A stretch of 64,000 bases of DNA from a virus: IMG/VR virus record IMGVR_UViG_3300045988_056900; one strand, given 5' to 3'. This document shows, piece by piece, positions 48,247-56,222 of the stretch. Made by a program: the position numbers and the translations under genes. The number at the start of each line of letters is the position of its first letter. Position 1 is the stretch's first letter. The notes below the pieces were generated by a model, which was not told where the DNA came from, made no database searches, and was given only the letters and a program-made list of their open reading frames with translations.

Positions 48247-48303
48247 GTCTGTGGAGGGAATCGAACCCTCATTTAACAGTTTTTCCATTTAAACTACACA
48301 GAC
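48247..48303 (-). ncRNA. tRNA-like element lacking an anticodon arm (57 nt)
   Basis: GTCTGTG-TA-GTTT-AAATGGAA-AAAC-TGTTAAAT-GAGGG-TTCGATT-CCCTC-CACAGAC. It has a perfect 7-bp acceptor stem, a D arm with GG and a canonical T arm, but only 8 nt where the anticodon arm should be. Confidence 0.55.
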
Positions 48304-48356
48304 AACCAGCATACTGCCGCATTAAAATTTCTAAATTATGGATTTGCTAGCATATT

Positions 48357-48806
48357 TTAGGCGGCTAGCGAAGCCTTTGTTGTACTTGTTTTTCGTACAT
48401 ACGTTTTCTTAAACGCTACAAGGGAAGCTTTGTACTTAGCCTTGTCTTCTTTGCTTTGTTTAATAGATTTTGCTTTAGATTGTTTCATATGAATAATCAT
48501 ATGATCAAACTTAACTTGAGCATCGAGCTGTTTTCTGTCGTATTTATTAAACCTAGGATAATTGATAGATTGAAATACGAAAGTACTTTTTCTCTTTTCA
48601 ACAAGAGCTTTTGCTCTTTCTCGTTTAACTTTTCTACGAGCTTTAAGTTCTTCACTATAGAAGTTTTTTGGTTTAACCTCTTCTTCAGAAGTAATTTGTT
48701 TTACTCGAAATACTCTTCTTTCTGCTTTTCGAGCATTTCTTGCTGCAACTCTCTCTTCACTACGTGCTATTTTATATTCTTCTTTTCTGTTTTTATCTAT
48801 TTTCAT
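48357..48806 (-). CDS. Lys/Arg-rich hypothetical protein ending in -SLAA
   Basis: Intact 149-aa ORF with a TAA stop. Confidence 0.8.
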   Translation of the reverse strand: MKIDKNRKEEYKIARSEERVAARNARKAERRVFRVKQITSEEEVKPKNFYSEELKARRKVKRERAKALVEKRKSTFVFQSINYPRFNKYDRKQLDAQVKFDHMIIHMKQSKAKSIKQSKEDKAKYKASLVAFKKTYVRKTSTTKASLAA

Positions 48807-48831
48807 ATCTTGATAATATTAATAGTTAAAC

Positions 48832-49596
48832 TTATGCTGCTAAAAGTTTTGATTTAGTGTAATAGGTCCAATTGTTATTACTTAAATCTTCAACGGTTAT
48901 TCCGGTGAACTTATCATTGTTTTCGTACTTCTTAGCTAATACTTTTACTTTAGAGAATGCTTCTTCTTTATCATTAGCATCTAAATAATCCGTGTAGAAG
49001 TCTGTACTTTTCATAGGATTATCTTCGCTTTGATTCTGTACTACATAACGGAACTTACGAGTGTTCTTTTTGTTATTTAGCACTTCTCTTCCTTTCTTTA
49101 GGAATTCTAAAACAGAAGCCTTCACCTCATTTATATGAGGTCTACTGGCTAACAGTTCAGCTTTATACTCTTTTTCACGTTGAAATCTAACCTTGATTTC
49201 TTCATCAGTTAGATTAACTGGTTTCGGCTGAACAAACAGTCGTTTTCTAATTAATCGAGTGAACTTCTTCTTCTCTTTCCTAGTATAATGAACTGTAGGT
49301 TCAAATCCAGCGCTTGCTAGAATTTGCTTAATAAGCTCCTTCTTAGCTTGTTTAGCTGTTTTATTTTCCTGACGAGAGTTCTTTCCTACTTCTGTAGTAT
49401 AGCTTTTTTGCTTAACTTTACCAACTATGTTGGTTATTATTACTTTCCCATTCTCACCCTTTGTAATATAGGGAGATGGACCCGGTCTTCTAAATACTTC
49501 TTCTACTTTCTTAGATCTACGTAATTTAGAACGGTTAGTTCTCGATAATTTTTTTCCTTTATGATCTTTATGTTTACCTGATAAATTCTTTTTCAT
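48832..49596 (-). CDS. Lys/Arg-rich hypothetical protein ending in -LLAA
   Basis: Intact 254-aa ORF with a TAA stop. Confidence 0.8.
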   Translation of the reverse strand: MKKNLSGKHKDHKGKKLSRTNRSKLRRSKKVEEVFRRPGPSPYITKGENGKVIITNIVGKVKQKSYTTEVGKNSRQENKTAKQAKKELIKQILASAGFEPTVHYTRKEKKKFTRLIRKRLFVQPKPVNLTDEEIKVRFQREKEYKAELLASRPHINEVKASVLEFLKKGREVLNNKKNTRKFRYVVQNQSEDNPMKSTDFYTDYLDANDKEEAFSKVKVLAKKYENNDKFTGITVEDLSNNNWTYYTKSKLLAA

Positions 49597-49626
49597 AATC
49601 TTGATAATTTTAGAAGTTAATAACTA

Positions 49627-49644
49627 GCGAGCCCAAAGGCTCGC
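49627..49644 (-). terminator. GC hairpin GCGAGCC-NNNN-GGCTCGC between genes
   Basis: Perfect 7-bp stem with a 4-nt loop. No strong U-tract follows. Confidence 0.45.
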
Positions 49645-49649
49645 ATTAA

Positions 49650-50159
49650 TTAAGCGGCTAGACAAATAGGAGCTGATTCAATATCAAGTTCAGCTTTGTC
49701 ATTAAAATCTTCTAAGTCTTTATTCAACTTATTAATTTCTATCTGCAGCTTATTCTTTATATTGCTGATGTAAGCTGAAGTGAGTTCCTCACTAATATTC
49801 AGATTCTTTTTGCCTTTAGCTCGCTTTATCTTTGGGTCGATTGTTTTAATCTTCCCTAAATGAAACAGTTGTTCCTGTTTCTCGGATAGTGAAAATATTG
49901 TATAATAGTTATTTTCTGCTGGTAAATCAGAGAACTTCTTATAACCCATATTAATACATTGTAAATACAGTTTCATAAGAATTCGTTCTTCTGCCATTTC
50001 TTGAATCTTCGTTAACAGTACCTTAAGGTCATAATTACGAATAGTTCCTTTAGAAATGATATTTTCGTTTTTAATAATCGTCCAATATTTAGTAATATCT
50101 TTACTAAGTTCATCGCGACGATTTTTTGCATATTTAGATGTAATTGATTTCATATTCAA
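49650..50159 (-). CDS. Coiled-coil hypothetical protein ending in -CLAA
   Basis: Intact 169-aa ORF with a TAA stop. Confidence 0.8.
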   Translation of the reverse strand: MNMKSITSKYAKNRRDELSKDITKYWTIIKNENIISKGTIRNYDLKVLLTKIQEMAEERILMKLYLQCINMGYKKFSDLPAENNYYTIFSLSEKQEQLFHLGKIKTIDPKIKRAKGKKNLNISEELTSAYISNIKNKLQIEINKLNKDLEDFNDKAELDIESAPICLAA

Positions 50160-50209
50160 GTGATTTGTTTTTTAAGTTAATACTTGACCGAAATCGTTTA
50201 CTAGTTAGT

Positions 50210-50274
50210 CATGCATGACAGATTCAAACTGCCGTCCCTCTGATGAGTGCTCTAATCAACTAAGCTAATGCATG
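50210..50274 (-). ncRNA. tRNA-like element lacking an anticodon arm (65 nt)
   Basis: CATGCAT-TA-GCTT-AGTTGATTA-GAGC-(15 nt)-GGCAG-TTTGAAT-CTGTC-ATGCATG. It has a perfect acceptor stem and classical D and T arms. I found no 5-bp stem with a 7-nt loop in the 15-nt linker. Confidence 0.55.
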
Positions 50275-50290
50275 TTATATAATAGAGAAC

Positions 50291-50374
50291 TACCCCATTC
50301 AGTAGTCTCTATTAAAGTAGTACCCCATTCAGTACTATTAATAGATATTGATATGATGAATACCCAGTTCAGTA
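50291..50374. repeat. Three direct copies of the 14-mer TACCC(C/A)(A/G)TTCAGTA
   Basis: Copies at 50291-50304, 50321-50334 and 50361-50374, with 30 and 40 bp spacing. Confidence 0.8.
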
Positions 50375-50950
50375 TTATAAATCATCACGTTCAACAATTT
50401 TTATTTCTTTTGCAAAATAGACCGGTAGAATCCGTCCGTCTGTTGTTTTAGCACCAACATATAGTTTATTTCCTGTTTCAGAAACTCCTACACTTCGGTT
50501 ATGTTCTTTTTCATTCGAATACTTTTGTAAATACTTTTCATTGATATACTTAGAATGTAGTTCTCCGTTCGTACTACTTCTTACTACATCAAATAAAATA
50601 TCTACCATTTTATCCAAATCATTATTATCGGTAGCTTCTTTTAATATGGCATTCATAATACCATAAAAAGCTTCCTCATTTCTTGCTTCTCCAGTTCCAG
50701 ACATTGTGTCTGCTAATTTGATTGCTATATCAGTAATACTCACCAGTCCATGAGCATTAAAGAACCGTTGCCACCATCTAGGACCACTTCCATAGTACAA
50801 GATAATCTGTCCATCCTCTTGTATATCTACTTTTTTAGGTCTTTCGTTAATTCTCCCATTCAAGATCTTAACTTTTGCTAAAACAGCTGGTTCATAAATA
50901 ATTAGCATACGCAAGATATCAACCCGGGAAGGTGATAATCTTCCGTTCAT
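50375..50950 (-). CDS. Hypothetical protein
   Basis: Intact 191-aa ORF. Confidence 0.8.
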   Translation of the reverse strand: MNGRLSPSRVDILRMLIIYEPAVLAKVKILNGRINERPKKVDIQEDGQIILYYGSGPRWWQRFFNAHGLVSITDIAIKLADTMSGTGEARNEEAFYGIMNAILKEATDNNDLDKMVDILFDVVRSSTNGELHSKYINEKYLQKYSNEKEHNRSVGVSETGNKLYVGAKTTDGRILPVYFAKEIKIVERDDL

Positions 50951-50955
50951 ATCTG

Positions 50956-51588
50956 TTATTCTGTTGTAGTAGTTTCAACATGCACGTTTACTTCTACATC
51001 ACTTCCAATACCACACTGCCGCATATAATCAGTATAAATGCGTTTGTTAGCATCGGAATAACCTCGAACTGTCTTAGACAGATTCAAGCAGTGACGAGCA
51101 AAGTTCTCGTAGTGAGTAATAGCACCCATGTTAGCTTCCTCAACTAATTTGTCGAGATTCGGCAAATCTTCAGCTGAGAAAAACATCGGACTAGCTCCGC
51201 TCTTACCAAGGCGGTCAATTGCTTCCGTAACGTTAGCCCGGGTAGCTTTGCTGAAATCCGGTTCAGCTATTTCGAACATCAAAGGTTCAACACCAGGAAT
51301 GTCCTTGTTGATAGCAATCTTCGGCCGTTGATCAAGATCCTTAGCGACAATACTTACACTCATGATATCAATAGCTTTAATAATATAAGCTTTGATCTCA
51401 TTGCGGAAAGTATTGATGCCATTCATGACGTCTTCCTTGTACTTAGGATCTGGATTTACTGCGATAATAGTAAATAACTGCTTACCGAAGTAAGGACCAT
51501 ATTTCTGTGCCACTTGCCGGTTACGTGCTAAGATTTGTGCAGCTGCGTTAGGAATCTGCGGTGCACTGTTGTTATTCAAATTTTCCAT
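50956..51588 (-). CDS. Hypothetical protein (visibly more GC-rich than its neighbours)
   Basis: Intact 210-aa ORF. Shadow ORFs appear on the opposite strand. Confidence 0.8.
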   Translation of the reverse strand: MENLNNNSAPQIPNAAAQILARNRQVAQKYGPYFGKQLFTIIAVNPDPKYKEDVMNGINTFRNEIKAYIIKAIDIMSVSIVAKDLDQRPKIAINKDIPGVEPLMFEIAEPDFSKATRANVTEAIDRLGKSGASPMFFSAEDLPNLDKLVEEANMGAITHYENFARHCLNLSKTVRGYSDANKRIYTDYMRQCGIGSDVEVNVHVETTTTE

Positions 51589-51780
51589 AAAAAATGTTCC
51601 CTTCTTGAGTCCGCATTTGATATACCAATACAGATCATTTTTTAGTTTTTAAGTTAATAATAAGTTAATGCTCTCCACTGTTCGATTATTTTATAGCATT
51701 ACAATAATGGTAATGGTGAATTCAATCACATAATCTACTAGGTATTAAAATAATAAATGTTAATTTATTTGAAAATATCT

Positions 51781-51819
51781 TCTGATAAATTCTCTGATAA
51801 TTTCTGTTAATTCTGATAT
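51781..51819 (-). promoter_or_regulatory. Array of four TTATCAGA-type repeats
   Basis: On the plus strand: TCTGATAA 51781, TCTGATAA 51793, TCTGTTAA 51803 and TCTGATAT 51812. Confidence 0.45.
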
Positions 51820-53736
51820 GTTTATCGTCCCGTTTCGACGGTTAAGATTCAACTTTTTCGATGCTTAACGCACCTCTCACCGTTATTTTATATCGCGATT
51901 AGATGCAATATAAAAGACATAGATCATTGACTAATGGTAAGTCTACCTAGTATTTCCGGATTATCGAAATTCATAGAATTACGGTCGTTTATCTAACGTT
52001 ACCAACTCACAAGCCCATTACTTATAGTATGGCCCACTTGTACCATGCATAGGATTTGTTGTTTATTCTGCTCGAACACGAGGATTTCCACCTCTCATCG
52101 TCTCCTTGTTGCTCAATTGTTATTACTATTGAGTCGAAATGTACTACGCCCTTTAATCTACCGAGACAGGGTGATAGGCGACAGGTTATTAACGAATCAG
52201 CGTTCTCTTTACATATATACTTGCAATATATACTTTAGGAGTTTCTAATGTCAGCGATGACGGTTGGCAGTCTGGGGTGGATCATACTCCTTATCTGACT
52301 ACTTTACAACAGTAGTTTGCTATCTCTGTACTCGCCATTGAACTTCCCAATTTGGTAAAGATTAATAATGTTAACAATTCACTTAGAACAGATTTAACTA
52401 GGCCGGTTCTATTCGGCATTAACTTTCAGATGCAGTAAAGTAACATCATCTGTTACAGTCTTACCTCTCTGGTTCCAGGGTTCTAAGCTGGAGCAGCTTG
52501 GCTCTTACTCATTAATTTATTGTTTTTGACCACTACTAATATCTCCTACTCTGGAATGAGTGTGATAATCTAGCAATGCACCTTTACATATCTTAAAAGG
52601 TATAAGCTCTGCTGTTTTTTACGAGGAGTTTTCTAAGCTTCTCCTTAGTATTATTTATCATTATAATCACACTTGCTAAAGGTGTGTAACGATTAGAATC
52701 AGGGTTATTGCGCCCTCAAACCGCTTAGACACTCTTGGTCTATTCATTCCTCATTCAATTATACTCACACGAACGAATAAGCACGTGAGTCACTTTAGAC
52801 TTGAAAGACGGTATCAATCTCATATACCTCATCCCTTATACGTAAATTCTTTTGCGGCACGCTAGTTACGGTAGCGCACAGGATTGGCTCCTGCTCCCTG
52901 GTAATCAGTCTATTTTCACTATAATTTTAACATAGTTACTTAGGATCATTGCATGTCCAGCCTTCATATCTTTACTTTGTATAAGTATGTACCATAACAC
53001 GGTTATCCTTACATTAGTATCAGTAATTACTCCCTTTATATTATGAACCAATTATCATAAAAACACTAGAGTTAGCCTATTTTTCCAATCAGGACGCATA
53101 GTTGCGTTTTTGTATGAAGCGAGGTTGGAACCCGCTTGTTGCGTTAGTCAGCCATAATGTATTTTTCGATAATCCTTTTCCAAGGGATTATCCAAGAACC
53201 CTTTGTCCTTGTTTCAGCATCGTGTTCATATTCCTTCTTGAGTCACATCTTGATTGACGCATACGAATATAGAGATTTCGTTCTCTTTTTGAGGATTAAG
53301 GATTTCATCTTTTGTAGTTTTTATTTGCTTATTGCTACGAATTCATCTCCTCGGTTTTGAATTAATTTGTAACTAGGGTATCTTCTTGTAGCTCCTATAT
53401 TACGGGTTCTTCACTCTTAATATCACCAGACGGTTCTCATATTAACAGCGCAGGCTATTCACCCTCTCCTGCTTTCTTATACCTTTTTCACCAGTATAAG
53501 TTATTATCCTACCTTTTGAGTATCTCACAGTGTTAGCTGCTACGAAGCATCTCATAACTACTTCTTACATATTCTCGGATTCTGTCTTTTTTCGGGCTAT
53601 GTGTAAATGGACACAAACTCCCTGACGCAGTAGTACTTAAAAACTTCCTTCTGTGACTGCCGGAGTGATTTACGCTATAGTTTTACTCCTCTCGAACTAT
53701 GATATAATTATAGTATTTATATAGCGGCTATTATCA
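51820..53736. other. ~1.9 kb ORF-free, hairpin-rich, high-complexity region; candidate large non-coding RNA(s), strand unknown
   Basis: There is no minus-strand ORF of 60 aa or more. Only two plus-strand loci are listed (52045/52056 and 53157), and both translate as low-complexity. In the stretches I translated, TAA, TGA and TAG all occur in every frame. Confidence 0.5.
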
Positions 53737-54162
53737 TTAACTATTTTCCGCTGAGGATTTATCTTCTCCTGTAATTTCTGACTCTGGTTTTACAAGAAAT
53801 ATGTCTCCAGAAGATAAGTTGATGTTTGCAACCACCTTCTTACCCCGGCATATATCAACTATGCCATTTTTTATATCATTACTACTGATATAATCAATTG
53901 GATCCATACGTCCTGGATCAAAACCATCCAAGTGCACGCATATACTACTTACAGACGAGCGTAAGTACTGTTCTACGAATAAGATGTTACTTATACTAGC
54001 TTTCGCTTGTACCTGTATCATATTAGAACTTTCTCCGGCTACTATAAAGTAACCGGTTTGATCTACTACCAAATCTAAATTACGCCTAGCATCTTTGCTA
54101 TTTCGTATAATACGTGATAGTCGCATCATACTATTAAGCATAATAAGATTCTTCTTACTCAT
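53737..54162 (-). CDS. Hypothetical protein
   Basis: Intact 141-aa ORF that overlaps the upstream gene by 8 nt. Confidence 0.75.
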   Translation of the reverse strand: MSKKNLIMLNSMMRLSRIIRNSKDARRNLDLVVDQTGYFIVAGESSNMIQVQAKASISNILFVEQYLRSSVSSICVHLDGFDPGRMDPIDYISSNDIKNGIVDICRGKKVVANINLSSGDIFLVKPESEITGEDKSSAENS

Positions 54163-54556
54163 TTTGAGATTCTTTAGTAAAAGGAGAAAGTGGCTTTACA
54201 TCCTCCGGTAAATTAGCTATACTGCGTACCTTTGGAAATCCTGTATTTACTTCTTTTACTTTAGTTCTCCACTTAACTACTGGTTTTAATTCGCCAATAG
54301 TTGTCACATTCACAATTGCGTCTGCTGTTCCTTTTACGGATACTTCTTGAGTATTAACATCATAAGATACTTCTATAGTATCTACATTACTCACAGACTT
54401 TGCTTCCTTATTAGAGTGCATCATAGACATCAACTCTAAATATGAAGGTATTACAGGTTGTTGTGCCTGCACGGGTTCAACTGTACTAAGTATATTATAG
54501 CCAACAAATATGCTAGCAATAAATAAACCTACAGCTGACAAAATTCTACTATTCAT
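54155..54556 (-). CDS. Secreted or membrane-anchored hypothetical protein
   Basis: N-terminal hydrophobic signal/TM segment ILSAVGLFIASIFVGYNILS. Confidence 0.75.
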   Translation of the reverse strand: MNSRILSAVGLFIASIFVGYNILSTVEPVQAQQPVIPSYLELMSMMHSNKEAKSVSNVDTIEVSYDVNTQEVSVKGTADAIVNVTTIGELKPVVKWRTKVKEVNTGFPKVRSIANLPEDVKPLSPFTKESQNE

Positions 54557-54623
54557 ATTGATTACGAATTAGTGAACAGTCTCTTAAACTTATATACAAT
54601 ACTCCACCAATTATGGAACCGGC

Positions 54624-56162
54624 TTAGCTTTTTTTTTCTTCAGCTGCAGCCTCTTCTTTCTTGGTTTCCGGATATTCACCTACAAGTACAGGAAGTGGAC
54701 CTTCAAATTCGGCAATCTTGTCCATAGGTGAACGATAGTAGTTGATGATCTTACCAACAGCAAAACGCAGTTGCTCATTAGTAGGAGGAATCTTTCCAGG
54801 GTAATAGTTAGCACGAACAAGAGAGATAACCTTTCTAGCACTATCGCGCGCCATTTTGATTTCTGCCAATTGTTCATCAGTTGCTCCTTCAGGAACAGAA
54901 CATGTGTAGTCATGCATCAATTTGTCAACATAATCCACGCCAATTACTCCCATTGTTGCTTGAATAGCTTTGTCATCTGCCGGATTTTCAATCTTCTCGG
55001 TTTTGATAACATTACCATTAGCATCAATTTTGTCTTCCAAGTTATATCGGAAGTTTTCCTGGATGAATGTACGAACGATAAGTACAACTTCATCATCTGT
55101 AACAGTAGGTACAGCGCCATGAACAATGCAATGTGCACTTACCGGCGAGTTTTCCTTCTTGGTATACAGATATACGGCACGTCCGATTCCTTTCATCAAA
55201 CCAGCTACAGGTACAAGATGGAAAATCTCATTGATCCATTCGTCTATTCGACGATTGTCAATCTTGAGCTTTTCATCAGTAGTACTAGCATTGTTGATAC
55301 AAAGTTTACGATACCATTCAATGGTGTCAATTAAACTAATTACAATGTTACGATCTTTACGTAACAGATATTCCAAAGCACTACAGATCTTTTCATGATC
55401 TGAACCTACTTTTTCAATATCGGTTTCTGGAACTTCAAGTTTAGCCAGTTTAGGATCCTTCAGTTCTTCAGGAATAATAGTTTCCTGTGGTCCAAAAGGA
55501 ATTGCTAACTGACCGTCTGTAGCTCCAGGAAGAGCACGCGGTGATGCAAGTTTCACACCGAACATAGTAGCCATTTCTTGCAACGGCATAATCTGTTCAG
55601 GAGACACTATCAACTGAAGTTTACCTTCAGCCTGCATACCGATCATTTCTTGCTGAACACCGAGCATTCCAAGGAACCATACAGCATTAATCGCTTGATT
55701 AATAGCATTGTATTGTTCAGGGAAGTTCTTCTTCAACTCTTCATTGTTAGTGAATCGTTGATGTCCAACAAATGAAAGCATAGCTTTAGCATCTGTAGAA
55801 CTTGTAGAAGAACCAGTCGGAGCACCGATAGACTTAGCAAGTGTTTTCACTGCTTCAGCCGGATCTACTTCTTCAGCAATAACTGTAGGAGTCTTATCCT
55901 TCTTTGGCTTTGGCTGTTGTGCAGCACCTTTCTGGGCGGGCTGTTTGTCAGTCTTAGCCTGAGTCTGCGCTTTTTCCTCTTTCTTAGGTTGAGCAGCAGC
56001 CGGCTTTTCAGTTGCTGCTGGTGCAGCTACTTGCTGAGTTGTTTCAGCACTTCCTTTCTCGGTTTTAGTTACTTTTGCAGTGTTACCTGCTTTAGCTGTT
56101 TCTGCAGGTTTTGCTGCAGTACTTGCAGCTGCTTGAGCTGCTTTGTTTTTCTTAGACGACAT
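54624..56162 (-). CDS. Hypothetical 512-aa protein with an Ala/Lys/Pro/Gln-rich disordered N-terminus
   Basis: Intact ORF. The first ~90 residues are low complexity (AAKPAETAKAGNTAKV...QPKPKKDKTP). The region is more GC-rich and several shadow ORFs overlap it. Confidence 0.85.
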   Translation of the reverse strand: MSSKKNKAAQAAASTAAKPAETAKAGNTAKVTKTEKGSAETTQQVAAPAATEKPAAAQPKKEEKAQTQAKTDKQPAQKGAAQQPKPKKDKTPTVIAEEVDPAEAVKTLAKSIGAPTGSSTSSTDAKAMLSFVGHQRFTNNEELKKNFPEQYNAINQAINAVWFLGMLGVQQEMIGMQAEGKLQLIVSPEQIMPLQEMATMFGVKLASPRALPGATDGQLAIPFGPQETIIPEELKDPKLAKLEVPETDIEKVGSDHEKICSALEYLLRKDRNIVISLIDTIEWYRKLCINNASTTDEKLKIDNRRIDEWINEIFHLVPVAGLMKGIGRAVYLYTKKENSPVSAHCIVHGAVPTVTDDEVVLIVRTFIQENFRYNLEDKIDANGNVIKTEKIENPADDKAIQATMGVIGVDYVDKLMHDYTCSVPEGATDEQLAEIKMARDSARKVISLVRANYYPGKIPPTNEQLRFAVGKIINYYRSPMDKIAEFEGPLPVLVGEYPETKKEEAAAEEKKS

Positions 56163-56222
56163 TTTGATAATGTTTTAAATTGTTAATAAATAAATGAATT
56201 CTGATAGATTATTTAATGAGGT

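Noticed and set aside
50240-50247. CTGATGAG on the plus strand resembles the hammerhead ribozyme core.
   Set aside because: No matching GAAA/CGAAAC element or the required three-helix arrangement lies nearby. The octamer sits in the linker of the minus-strand tRNA-like element.
51589-53736. The large gap could encode proteins in another recoded genetic code.
   Set aside because: Test translations of the minus and plus strands hit TAA, TGA and TAG at short intervals in all frames. No single reassignment restores an ORF.
54680-56186. Several alternative-frame and plus-strand ORFs overlapping gene 54624..56162 (54680..54913 and 54944..55138 on the minus strand; 54771..55334, 55126..55398, 55578..55775 and 55917..56186 on the plus strand), plus 59780..60175 overlapping 59789..60253.
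   Set aside because: Their products are low-complexity (Cys/Phe/Ser/Leu-rich). They are explained by the lower stop-codon frequency in these GC-richer genes.
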